64,000 nt of DNA, taken from Euprymna scolopes (Eukaryota). The position numbers were made by a program, and so were the translations under genes. Location of the stretch: the NCBI GenBank assembly GCA_053919585.1, contig JBSSHM010000258.1. One strand, written 5' to 3'. Shown here one piece after another: positions 21,570-31,160 of this stretch (positions are counted from its first letter, which is position 1; every line of letters begins with the position of its first letter). The notes under the pieces are model-generated. The model saw only the letters and a list, made by a program, of their open reading frames with translations. It had not been told where the DNA came from and made no database searches.

Positions 21570-21729
21570 AATACTCTTGCTGTAATAATTTTAGCATAGA
21601 AGCATAAATTGAGAAACACACTCATGTCTCTCTACTAATGTCCTACATGCGTTCAATACATATTGTGTTTCTTTCTTTTATACTATAAAACTCACTATGA
21701 AACTCAAGGCTTTTTAATACAGTAAAATT

Positions 21730-22794
21730 TTATGTTTTACTATGGTATTTAGAGTTTGTAAAATGCTTATAACCTATTTCATCATCCAAACAGATAGTTT
21801 TACCATTAACCACCCACTTATTCGTGTTAGTAACTTCCCCTATAGTGTACAGCTTAATACCTAAAGTGGCTAAATATTCTTGATGTTGTTTTTGTAACGC
21901 TTTAAGTTTATGTGGCGACATAATGGAACATAAAGTATATTCTTCTCCTGACGTTAAAGCGACTTTGTCGTTGTCTGTCAATAATTCTTTATAACAAGAT
22001 AACTTATTGTTTTTTCTTAAAATTTCAACCTTTTTTTTAAGGTTTTTGAAGTTAAAGCAAAGTTCAACACCCAATGGATTTTTAGCTTTTTTAGAGTTTT
22101 TAATTACATGCCCTAAATCTTGAAGTAATCCATCTGAAATATCAATGGTTGCATTGGCATAATCCTTTAATATATGACTTGTTGCTAGTTGTATCTCAGG
22201 ATAATAAAAACGATTAAGTAGAGAGGTTAATAAAGTAAAGTTAGATGAATTTTTGATAAAATTGGGATCGTTTAGTAAATTTTTCTCAACGATTAGACCT
22301 AAAGTTGCCTCACCAATATGATCGCATAAGCAAATCATGTCTCCTACCTCGGCACCTCCTCTACCCATAAAATCTGAATTTGAGCATTCTCCCATTAGGG
22401 TCATGGATAAATGGATTTGCTCGCCACTAGTGGTATCACCGCCAATCAAACTTACACCGTATTTGTTTAATTGTGAATGTAAGGTTTGGGAAAATTGTGT
22501 TAACCATGCTTCATTAATACAAGGTAAGGTAAGTGAAAGGGTTGCCCATTTAGGAATTCCACCACTGGCGGATATATCACTGATATTTGAAGCAACAAGC
22601 TTATGAGCAATGGCATCGGTGGGAGTGATGGATGAAAAATGTACATTTTCCACCATACTATCAGTTGAGACAACAATGGATTTGTTTGGTTGTGCTTGTA
22701 ATAAGGCACAATCATCTCCTATGCCTACCATAACAGAGGAATCAGAATAATTACTAACGTTAAAAAACCGTTGAATTAAATCAAATTCATGCAT
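21730..22794 (-). CDS. thiL: Thiamine-monophosphate kinase
   Basis: MHEFDLI, GIGDDCA, NISDISASG, LIGGDTT, DISDGL. Confidence 0.94.
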   Translation of the reverse strand: MHEFDLIQRFFNVSNYSDSSVMVGIGDDCALLQAQPNKSIVVSTDSMVENVHFSSITPTDAIAHKLVASNISDISASGGIPKWATLSLTLPCINEAWLTQFSQTLHSQLNKYGVSLIGGDTTSGEQIHLSMTLMGECSNSDFMGRGGAEVGDMICLCDHIGEATLGLIVEKNLLNDPNFIKNSSNFTLLTSLLNRFYYPEIQLATSHILKDYANATIDISDGLLQDLGHVIKNSKKAKNPLGVELCFNFKNLKKKVEILRKNNKLSCYKELLTDNDKVALTSGEEYTLCSIMSPHKLKALQKQHQEYLATLGIKLYTIGEVTNTNKWVVNGKTICLDDEIGYKHFTNSKYHSKT

Positions 22795-22976
22795 GAGTAT
22801 TTGCTTTTATTAATGCTTCTATTTAAGCTAAATAAAAATGAATTAATGCTTTTATAGGTAAAGTAAGTAAAGGAATCAATTGTTTATCATTTCATGTATT
22901 TATACTCTTTTGCTTAGGATGTGAAATCAGATGAAAAGGTACACGGGACACGGGCTCTCAATCGCCAATCGCCTCT

Positions 22977-24263
22977 CTATAGATATTTTTTCACCCGAAT
23001 ATCTGCAGTACGGGCATGTGCTTCCATCCCTTCTAAACGTGATAAACGTGCAGTCGCTTTACCCACATATTCAGTGGCATGCTTATCTAAACGTTGATAA
23101 GATAAGACTTTAATGAATTTTTGTACAGACAAACCACCTGTGTATTTTGCTACGCCTCTTGTTGGTAACACATGATTTGTGCCTGAGCATTTGTCACCGT
23201 ATGCAACGGTAGTTTCTTCACCCAAAAATAGTGAGCCGTAATTATTAAGATTTTCTAACCACCAGTTTAATTCTTGTGCTTGTATTTCTAAGTGTTCAGC
23301 AGCGTATTCATCACTAACTTGCACCATTTCCTCTCGTGTATCACATAGGACAACTTCTCCATATTCTGCCCATGAAGTCTCAGCAGCATTTCTGGCATCT
23401 TGAGGTAATTCTTCAATTAATTGGGGAACACGTTGGATAACTTTTTCTGCCAATTTTCTGTCATCAGTAATCAGCCAAGCGGGTGAATCTAAGCCATGTT
23501 CTGCTTGTCCAACAAGATCAACTGCCACAATCTCTGCATCAGCAGTTTTATCGGCAATAATTGCAATTTCTGTTGGTCCTGCAATTTGATCAATACCAAC
23601 GCCACCAAATAATTGACGTTTAGCTTCAGCAACGAAACGATTACCTGGTCCAACTAACATATTAACAGGTGTGATGCCAAAAAAACCATTGGTCATGGCA
23701 GCAACGCCCTGCACTCCTCCCATAGAGAGAATCTTATCTGCACCACAATAGTTCATAGTATAGAGAATATGTGGATCAATGCCCTCTTCTCCTCTCGGCG
23801 GAGAACAGGCAACAATTTTTTTAACGCCAGCAATTTTTGCTGTAGTAATGGTCATAATTGCACTACAAATATGAGCATAGCGCCCACCGGGTACATAGCA
23901 ACCTACACTATGAATGGGACGCAGAACATGACCGGCAAAAACACCTGGAGTGAGTTCCACCTCACACTCTCCAAGAGCATTTTTTTGTGCTTCAGCAAAA
24001 CGACTAACGTTAACATGAGCATAATGAATATCTTCTTTTGCTTGATCGCTTATTTTTGCACTAGCCTCTTCTATTTGCTTAGTAGTAACTAAAGGATTGC
24101 CTTTGTAATTATCTAATTTCTCAGCATATTCTAGTGCTTTTTTCTCACCATCAGCAGCGGACATTTCTTGTAACATTGTTGTGACAACGGCTTCTGTATC
24201 AGCATTGGCAGTGGCAAATTGTGAAAAATCTGCCTGAGATTTTTTAAGATAGGTAATTGACAT
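22977..24263 (-). CDS. hpsN: Sulfopropanediol (DHPS) 3-dehydrogenase, HisD-like family
   Basis: HpsN-clade features from memory: MSITYLKK start, CYVPGGRYAHI, QAEHG, EETTVAYGDKCSGTNHVLPT, LEGMEAHAR; cotranscribed with suyAB. Confidence 0.85.
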   Translation of the reverse strand: MSITYLKKSQADFSQFATANADTEAVVTTMLQEMSAADGEKKALEYAEKLDNYKGNPLVTTKQIEEASAKISDQAKEDIHYAHVNVSRFAEAQKNALGECEVELTPGVFAGHVLRPIHSVGCYVPGGRYAHICSAIMTITTAKIAGVKKIVACSPPRGEEGIDPHILYTMNYCGADKILSMGGVQGVAAMTNGFFGITPVNMLVGPGNRFVAEAKRQLFGGVGIDQIAGPTEIAIIADKTADAEIVAVDLVGQAEHGLDSPAWLITDDRKLAEKVIQRVPQLIEELPQDARNAAETSWAEYGEVVLCDTREEMVQVSDEYAAEHLEIQAQELNWWLENLNNYGSLFLGEETTVAYGDKCSGTNHVLPTRGVAKYTGGLSVQKFIKVLSYQRLDKHATEYVGKATARLSRLEGMEAHARTADIRVKKYL

Positions 24264-24290
24264 AATAAATTCTCACATAAATTTGATGAC

Positions 24291-25463
24291 TTAAGCACTA
24301 CGATACAATTTAGTCATCACAAACTCTTTATGTTTGAGAATTTCAGCCATTGTATAACGCCCACTTGCCGTTTCTAAAATATTTTCCTTTAGCAAATCAC
24401 CTGCTTGATCAATAGTGATTTCACGAGTTAATACTCCAGAAACATCAACATCTACATGTTCACCCATTGTTCGAACAGTTCTTGGATTTCCCGTGATTTT
24501 CACTACGGGTACAACAGGATTGCCAACAACATTACCTTGACCAGTAGGAAAAGTGTGTACAACATAACCTGCAGCTGCCATTAATGTTACGCATTCAGCA
24601 GCAGCAGAAGAAGTGTCCATAAAATAAAGTCCATTTCCTTTGGAGGGTGCTTCTGCCGGTTTAAGTACATCAATGTACTTCACTTTACGTCCAATTTTTT
24701 CTAAGTTTCCTAGGGCTTTTTCTTCTATTGTAGTTAATCCTCCAAGAATGTTGCCTTTTGTTGGTTGGGAATCGGATAAATCAGAAGTTTTATGAGGTTC
24801 AATAACTTCATCTTGGTAGGCTTGCCATGTTGCCATGAATTTCTCTGCTGCTTCAGGCGTGGCTGCACGTTCTTTACAAAGATGCTCTGCACCGGTAATC
24901 TCAGAGGTTTCACCAAAAACACCATAAAGACCTTTGGGAATCCATTTGTCATACATATTCCCCACTGCTGGACATGATGAGAGTCCTGTTGTTGTATCAG
25001 ATTCTCCACATTTTGTGGATACCCATAAATCACTAATAGCACATTCTTCACGTCGCCATCCACTTGTTTGGTGTACCAATTCATGCGCCATACGAGAAGC
25101 CTCAGCAATGGTATTTATATCACCTTTTTGCTCAATAGAGAAAGCTTCAACTCGTTTGCCTGTTTTACGAATACCATCAGCTATAATATTCGTCCAACCT
25201 GGTTCAATACCAATCACGACAACAGTGGCAATGTTTGGATTGCTGCCAATACCAATCATCGTCCGAAAATGTAACTCAAGGTCCTCACCAAATTGCAAAC
25301 GACCATAGGAATGAGGCAAAGCTAATGTACCATGAATATTTGCTGCAACGGCTTCACAAGCTGCGTTTGAAATATCATCAACTGGTAAAATGGCGACATA
25401 ATTTCTTACTCCTACTCGTCCATTTTCACGACGATAACCTAAAAATAATTCATTATTACTCAT
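24291..25463 (-). CDS. suyB: (2R)-sulfolactate sulfo-lyase beta subunit (UxaA family)
   Basis: [44 protein letters not shown]; split alpha/beta architecture next to hpsN. Confidence 0.87.
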   Translation of the reverse strand: MSNNELFLGYRRENGRVGVRNYVAILPVDDISNAACEAVAANIHGTLALPHSYGRLQFGEDLELHFRTMIGIGSNPNIATVVVIGIEPGWTNIIADGIRKTGKRVEAFSIEQKGDINTIAEASRMAHELVHQTSGWRREECAISDLWVSTKCGESDTTTGLSSCPAVGNMYDKWIPKGLYGVFGETSEITGAEHLCKERAATPEAAEKFMATWQAYQDEVIEPHKTSDLSDSQPTKGNILGGLTTIEEKALGNLEKIGRKVKYIDVLKPAEAPSKGNGLYFMDTSSAAAECVTLMAAAGYVVHTFPTGQGNVVGNPVVPVVKITGNPRTVRTMGEHVDVDVSGVLTREITIDQAGDLLKENILETASGRYTMAEILKHKEFVMTKLYRSA

Positions 25464-25524
25464 AATTTTAATCTCAATATCTATTTTATTATCTTAATAA
25501 TTTGTACTTGTCTTTATTGCTTTT

Positions 25525-25812
25525 TTACCATCTTTTGGTTTTTAAATTATGTGTATGCACATGCTCACCTTTGCCCACAGCTTGAATGATTTTACCGATA
25601 TCTTGTCCATATTTTATAACGGTATCTCCTTTAGCAAAGTCTTGTAGAGCAATTTTATGACCAATAGGCACATCATCTTTAGAAACTAATTCAAATTGTG
25701 AATTGTCCTCTGTAGTAACACAGAGCATAGAAGTAGATTGACTAAGCCCTTCAACAACGACAACACCAACATTGTCTTTTTTGTGATGAACTAGTAATTG
25801 TGGTTTTGACAT
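25525..25812 (-). CDS. suyA: (2R)-sulfolactate sulfo-lyase alpha subunit (SAF domain)
   Basis: DNVGVVVVE, VPIGHKIAL..VIKYG..GEHVHTHNLKTKRW. Confidence 0.87.
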   Translation of the reverse strand: MSKPQLLVHHKKDNVGVVVVEGLSQSTSMLCVTTEDNSQFELVSKDDVPIGHKIALQDFAKGDTVIKYGQDIGKIIQAVGKGEHVHTHNLKTKRW

Positions 25813-25862
25813 AAATTTCTCCTTAATCTTTTATATTTTTTTACAAATTCATATTATTTGAT

Positions 25863-27476
25863 TTATTTGTTATCCGATAGAATCATATCCGAGGCTTTTT
25901 CGGCAATCATAATTGCTGGTGCATTGGTATTGCCTGATACAATGGTTGGCATAATTGAACAGTCAACCACCCGCAATCCTTCTACTCCATGTACCTTTAG
26001 CTTGTGATCAACAACCGCAGTTTTATCATCCTTATTTCCCATTTTACATGTACTTGTTGGGTGATAAATGGTTTGACTATATTGCCTAGCAACATGCAAT
26101 AATTCATCATCACTCTGATAGCGATTACCCGGGACAAATTCATCAATGATATGTTTTTTCAATGAAGGTGCTTGAGCAATTTTACGTGCAACTTTTATGG
26201 AATCAATAGCAACTTTTTGATCCCTTTCATCACTGAGATAATTTGGATAAATCTTTGGATAATCCAAAGGATTGCTTGATTGGATTTCTATTTTTCCTCT
26301 ACTATAAGGTCTTAATTGACATACAGAGGCGGTGAATGCAGAGAAAGGATGAACGCCATCTCCTGGCTTATCAGCACTAAGTGGCTGCATATGAAACTGA
26401 ATATCTGGACGTGTAAGTTGTGGATTTGACATGGTAAAAACAGCTACTTGGCTTGCCGCAAGAGTTAATGGTCCAGTTCGGAATAATCCATATTGAATAC
26501 CCACTTTCATTTGCTTAATGTAACTATTTAGTTCGTCATTCAATGTAGCAAGACTTGTTTTGTAAACCAATCGAATTTGCAAGTGATCTTGTAAATTTTG
26601 ACCAACACCGGGCAATTCTTTAACCACATCAATATTAAATTTTTTCAATAATTCTTTATCACCAATTCCTGAAAGTTGTAGTAATTGAGGAGAGTTAATT
26701 GCTCCGCCACTTAATATCACTTCTTTGTGGCATTTAATCACGTGGGTTTTGTTTTTATGAATGCATTCAACTCCTACAGCTCTTCCTTCTTCAAAAATAA
26801 CCTTTGTCACTTGAACACATGTTTTGATAGCAAGATTTTTTCTTCTGCGAATAGGATGGATGTAGGCTCTTGCTGAGCTATGACGAAAACCTTTGTGTGC
26901 TGTTTGTTCAAAATATGACACACCCTCTTGAACTTCTTCATTATATTTTTCGTTATATGGAATACCAATTTCTTGTGCTGCTTGTACAAAATGTTCTGCA
27001 ATTTCTCTGCGTAAACGAAGATTGGATACAACCAATGGTCCTTTGTCTGAGCGATAAGAAGAGAGCTTTCCTTTTCTGTTCTCAGATTTTTTAAAATATG
27101 GCAAGACATCTTTGAATGACCATCCTGTATTACCCTCTCTTTCCCAGTCATCATAATCTTCACGTTGACCCCGTACATACAATAAACCATTTAATGAACT
27201 TGAGCCACCCATTACTTTTCCACGAGGCCATTGTAAAGAGCGATTGTTGATTCCTTCGTCAGGCTCAGTTTTGTAACACCAATCCCATTTTTTACTATGC
27301 ATAGTTTTAAAATAACCCACAGGAATGTGAATCCAAGGAGAATAATCCCAGCTTCCTGCTTCCAATAGAACTACTTTATTTTTAGGGTCTTCCGACAAAC
27401 GATTTGCAACGACACAACCTGAAGAACCAGCACCAACAACAATGTAATCACACTCACTAAAAGAATACGTACTCAT
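25863..27476 (-). CDS. GMC-family FAD oxidoreductase, substrate unknown
   Basis: GAGSSG, PRGKVMGGSSSLNG, VGQNLQDH, YHPTSTCKMG, GNTNAP. Confidence 0.92.
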   Translation of the reverse strand: MSTYSFSECDYIVVGAGSSGCVVANRLSEDPKNKVVLLEAGSWDYSPWIHIPVGYFKTMHSKKWDWCYKTEPDEGINNRSLQWPRGKVMGGSSSLNGLLYVRGQREDYDDWEREGNTGWSFKDVLPYFKKSENRKGKLSSYRSDKGPLVVSNLRLRREIAEHFVQAAQEIGIPYNEKYNEEVQEGVSYFEQTAHKGFRHSSARAYIHPIRRRKNLAIKTCVQVTKVIFEEGRAVGVECIHKNKTHVIKCHKEVILSGGAINSPQLLQLSGIGDKELLKKFNIDVVKELPGVGQNLQDHLQIRLVYKTSLATLNDELNSYIKQMKVGIQYGLFRTGPLTLAASQVAVFTMSNPQLTRPDIQFHMQPLSADKPGDGVHPFSAFTASVCQLRPYSRGKIEIQSSNPLDYPKIYPNYLSDERDQKVAIDSIKVARKIAQAPSLKKHIIDEFVPGNRYQSDDELLHVARQYSQTIYHPTSTCKMGNKDDKTAVVDHKLKVHGVEGLRVVDCSIMPTIVSGNTNAPAIMIAEKASDMILSDNK

Positions 27477-27600
27477 ATAATAAAAACAATAAAAAATTTA
27501 ATAGCGACAATAAAGATTGCTAATCAAGAAAATTTTAGCAAAAAAATCCTTGGTGAACAAATTAAATAAAAATTAAATTCGTAATTTTTATAAAAATCCA

Positions 27601-27630
27601 TTGACAATCTTACAATAGTTTGGTTAAATT
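27601..27630 (+). promoter_or_regulatory. Sigma-70 promoter for the TRAP operon
   Basis: Perfect TTGACA at 27601, 17-18 bp spacer, ttaaat/taaatt -10. Confidence 0.6.
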
Positions 27631-27638
27631 TTGCAAAT

Positions 27639-27846
27639 GCTATTCTAATATATCAAGCATCATCTAGGCAGGATATGTGCTTGTGCTAATTATAAATCTA
27701 ACAGATACATATCTTGCGTAGTCTAAGTAGTTAAACACTTTCTACAATTCAGTGGTAGTACTTTAAACTCAAGCATGACGGGTTGGAATAGCTAAAAAGG
27801 CTTTTGCATGTATTCTTTTTTTAGATAACTAACTGAGAATAAATGC
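27639..27846 (+). ncRNA. Candidate structured 5' leader RNA
   Basis: 11-bp closing stem 27639-49/27782-92, 12-bp inner stem 27668-79/27706-17, third hairpin 27806-16/27836-46. Confidence 0.4.
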
Positions 27847-27895
27847 TAGAGATTAATAACTTATAAAAATTTTATTTTAATGGAGTAGTTGTATT

Positions 27896-29002
27896 ATGCA
27901 TAACTTTAAAAAAATTATTGGACTTGCTTTAGTAGGTCTATTTGCGTTAGGTTCTGTAGCACACGCAAAAACCACGAAAATTCGTGTTCAATCTGTTTTA
28001 CCAACTAAGGCAGACGAAGTTGTCATGTTGAAAGATTTTGCCGATAACGTCAAACAATTGACTAACGGTTCTGTTCAATTAGAAATTCTTCCTGCTGGAG
28101 CAGTTGTTGGTGTTAAAGAAACATTGGAAGCTGTTGACAAAGGACTTATTGAGGGTGGATTTGCTTGGACTCACTATTGGTCTGGTTATCATCCTGCAGC
28201 CATGTTATTTGGTTCACCTGTTGCGGGTGCTGGCGTAGGTATTGATAATATTGCTTTTATTTCTTGGTTTATGTATGGAGGCGGTAAAGAACTCTATGAT
28301 CAACTGTGGAAAGAAATGAAGATGAACATTAAAGGAATCATGCTTCAGCCGGTTGGACCTGAGGCTCTAGGTTGGTTTAAAAAGCCAATTAAAAGCATGG
28401 CTGATTTCCGTAAATATCGTTTCCGTACACCTCCTGGACTCCCTGGGCAAACTTATAAAGATATTGGTATTGCTGCTGTTGCTATGGGCGGTGGTGATAT
28501 TCTCCCTGCACTGGAAAAAGGCGTTATTGATGCTGCTGAATGGTGCTGTCCTAAACCAGATAGCGTGTTTGGTTTCCAAAAAGTACTTAAGCACTATTAC
28601 CTACAAGGGCTTCATCAGGTGGTTGTGAATGCAGATTTATACATCAATGGTAATGTATGGAAAAAGCTTACTGCTGATGAGAAAAATGCAATCAAAGTCG
28701 CTGCCGATGCTTCACTAATCCGTTCACTGTCTTACAGAATTTATGAAAATGGTAAAGCATTGAAAGATTTGACAGAAAATTGGGATGTACAACTTCATGA
28801 TACACCTGAAGATTATTTTGTTGAGTATATGGATGCAGCTAAGAAATTGTTAAACAAAAATGCTAAGAAAAATAAATTCTTTGCAAAAGTTTGGCAATCA
28901 CAAAAAGACTTTGCACGCATTGCCGTACCTTATTGGGCTGGAGCTCAAACTGCTAATGCAAACTTGGGACAAGCTTATGCTCAAAGTATTATGAAGAAGT
29001 AA
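27896..29002 (+). CDS. dctP: TRAP transporter substrate-binding protein
   Basis: Signal peptide, EILPAGAVV, FRTPPG, ALEKGVIDAAEW. Confidence 0.93.
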   Translation: MHNFKKIIGLALVGLFALGSVAHAKTTKIRVQSVLPTKADEVVMLKDFADNVKQLTNGSVQLEILPAGAVVGVKETLEAVDKGLIEGGFAWTHYWSGYHPAAMLFGSPVAGAGVGIDNIAFISWFMYGGGKELYDQLWKEMKMNIKGIMLQPVGPEALGWFKKPIKSMADFRKYRFRTPPGLPGQTYKDIGIAAVAMGGGDILPALEKGVIDAAEWCCPKPDSVFGFQKVLKHYYLQGLHQVVVNADLYINGNVWKKLTADEKNAIKVAADASLIRSLSYRIYENGKALKDLTENWDVQLHDTPEDYFVEYMDAAKKLLNKNAKKNKFFAKVWQSQKDFARIAVPYWAGAQTANANLGQAYAQSIMKK

Positions 29003-29029
29003 ATATCCCTACAATAAAATGTTTCTTTA

Positions 29030-29067
29030 AAGGGGGATGGTTTTTTTAACAACTGTCCCCCTTATTT
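29030..29067 (+). terminator. Stem-loop after dctP (terminator or mRNA stabiliser)
   Basis: aagggggatggtt / aactgtccccctt stem. Confidence 0.65.
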
Positions 29068-29099
29068 GTATTTAATCTAAAAAAAACTTACATAATCTT

Positions 29100-29702
29100 A
29101 TGTCTACCACGAATGAACCTCAATTTGAAGTTGCTGATGAGTTGATCGCAGAGGGTCATCAGTATCAACCTCCTCCAGAGGACATGGCTTCTTGGATGAG
29201 AAAAATAATTATTTTTATTGATGCATTTAGCTACTATACAGGAAAAATTGTTAGCTGGCTGACTGTACCAATTATCGCAGCTATGTTTTATGAAGTTGTC
29301 GCCAGACACTTTTTTCTTGCTCCTACTGTTTGGGCATATGATATTAGTAGAATGCTTTATGGAGCCTTGTTTATGCTGGGTGCTGGTTATGCCCTTATGC
29401 GTGGAGTCCATATTCGAGCAGATTTTATTTATAGAAACTGGCAACCAAAAAATCAAGCTAAAATCGATTTACTCTTATACCTAACCCTTTATTTTCCAAC
29501 GATGATTGTTTTTTTCTTCGTAACTTTTGACTATGCTTCAGAAGCATGGATGCGAGGTGAGAGAGGCATGGATACGGCATGGATGCCTCCAATGGCTCCA
29601 ATCAAATCAACTATTCCTATTGGAGTAAGCTTTTTAATTATCCAAGGTGTTTCTGAAACATTGAAATGCTATTATGCTATTAAAAAGAATGTTTGGCCAT
29701 AA
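29100..29702 (+). CDS. dctQ: TRAP transporter small permease
   Basis: Four TM helices, YEVVARH, HIRAD. Confidence 0.92.
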   Translation: MSTTNEPQFEVADELIAEGHQYQPPPEDMASWMRKIIIFIDAFSYYTGKIVSWLTVPIIAAMFYEVVARHFFLAPTVWAYDISRMLYGALFMLGAGYALMRGVHIRADFIYRNWQPKNQAKIDLLLYLTLYFPTMIVFFFVTFDYASEAWMRGERGMDTAWMPPMAPIKSTIPIGVSFLIIQGVSETLKCYYAIKKNVWP

Positions 29703-29811
29703 AAAGTCAGATAAATAAGTTCCATTCTTTTTACACATTAAGATTAGTTCTATGTTAGTCTACGTGTAATCAGTTTATAAAAATTAATTACAAAAAAATA
29801 CTACAACAATC

Positions 29812-31137
29812 ATGTCTCCCGAAATTCTTGGTCTCGTGCTGATAGGATCTATGCTCTTTGCTATCTTTATCGGCTTTCCTATTTCTTTTACCCTAATTTT
29901 TCTTGGCTTAGTTTTTGGTTATGCTGGCTTTGGAGATTTAGTTTTTTATCTCATGACTTTTCAATTTAATAATGTCATGTTAGAGCAAACGCTTGCAGCC
30001 GTCCCTCTATTTATCTTTATGGGAATATTGATGGAAAAGGCAAATCTCATGGAGCGTTTATTTACAGCTGTACAACAAATGCTTTCTCGTGTTAACGGTT
30101 CATTGTTTATTGCTGTGTTATTTGTTTCAACTATTTTTGCCGCTGCAACAGGCATTGTTGGTGCTTCTGTCACTATCTTAGGGATTATGGCTGCAAAAAC
30201 CATGAATCGCTCTAATTATGATGTTAAACTGGCTGCTGGAACCATCACTGCCGGAGGCACATTAGGTATTCTTATTCCACCAAGTATCATGTTGGTTGTG
30301 ATGGGACCTATTCTCGAAGTTCCTGTTACCGATCTTTTTGCTGCGGCCATCATTCCTGGAATAATGCTGGCTTTTTTATATTCTGCATATGCTATTATTC
30401 GTTGCTATTTAAACCCTTCATTAGGTCCAGCACTGTCAGAAGAAGAAAGACCAAAATCCATGGCGCATGTATGGAGAGAATTTTTCCTCGGACTTGTCCC
30501 ACCAGCTGCACTTGTTGGTTGTGCTTTAGGTAGTATCGTGTTTGGTCTGGCAACTCCTACTGAAGGTGCTGGTATTGGTGCAGTAGGTGCTCTTGCTCTT
30601 TCTGCATCTTATGGAAAACTTAACATGTCTAACTTAAAAGATGCATTGATTAAAACATTAGAGATTTCTACATTGATTTTAGTCTTAGTTGCTGCATCTA
30701 ACTTCTTTGGTGCTGTTTTCTCTAGACTAGGCACACCTACAATGGTTACCGAATTATTGCTTGGGTTAGATATGCACCCAATGATTATCCTGCTTCTTAT
30801 TATGGCAGTTATCTTCTTACTTGGCTGGCCTTTAGAATGGGTTCCTATTGTATTGATTGTTATCCCTATTTTGTTGCCTTTAATCAATGAATTGGGAATT
30901 AATCTTCTTTGGTTTGGTATATTGGTGGCTGTGAATTTACAGACTGCTTGGCTCTCCCCACCCGTAGCACTCTCCGCATACTTTCTTAAAGGAGTTGTAC
31001 CGGAGTGGGATCTCAAGGATATTTATTATGGAATGATGCAATTTATGGTTATTCAGGGTATTGGTTTAACATTGATTATACTGTTCCCAGAAATTGCGAC
31101 ATGGTTACCAGAATATCTAACAAATAAGCCTGGTTAA
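29812..31137 (+). CDS. dctM: TRAP transporter large permease
   Basis: AVPLFIFMG, GGTLGILIPPSI, TPTE, LSPP. Confidence 0.95.
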   Translation: MSPEILGLVLIGSMLFAIFIGFPISFTLIFLGLVFGYAGFGDLVFYLMTFQFNNVMLEQTLAAVPLFIFMGILMEKANLMERLFTAVQQMLSRVNGSLFIAVLFVSTIFAAATGIVGASVTILGIMAAKTMNRSNYDVKLAAGTITAGGTLGILIPPSIMLVVMGPILEVPVTDLFAAAIIPGIMLAFLYSAYAIIRCYLNPSLGPALSEEERPKSMAHVWREFFLGLVPPAALVGCALGSIVFGLATPTEGAGIGAVGALALSASYGKLNMSNLKDALIKTLEISTLILVLVAASNFFGAVFSRLGTPTMVTELLLGLDMHPMIILLLIMAVIFLLGWPLEWVPIVLIVIPILLPLINELGINLLWFGILVAVNLQTAWLSPPVALSAYFLKGVVPEWDLKDIYYGMMQFMVIQGIGLTLIILFPEIATWLPEYLTNKPG

Positions 31138-31160
31138 GTCATTATATTAGTGAATAATTA

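Noticed and set aside
22977-24263. Histidinol dehydrogenase hisD
   Set aside because: No his genes nearby; sequence features and suyAB linkage fit the HpsN clade better
24291-25812. Altronate/galactarate dehydratase (uxaA/garD)
   Set aside because: Split small SAF plus large subunit layout next to hpsN matches SuyAB; no hexuronate genes nearby
25863-27476. Choline dehydrogenase betA
   Set aside because: Has IHIPVGY where BetA typically has MPAAL; no betB, betI or betT nearby; left as unassigned GMC enzyme
27640-27800. SAM-I, SAM-II/V riboswitch or 6S RNA
   Set aside because: Only short fragments match (tatcaag, gtgctaat, tagctaaaaagg); conserved cores and pseudoknot not found, and the SAM-II-like tail is ~95 nt from the start codon
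29085-29110. dif site (cataa..ttatg)
   Set aside because: Spacer is 2 bp rather than 6 and the XerD arm does not match
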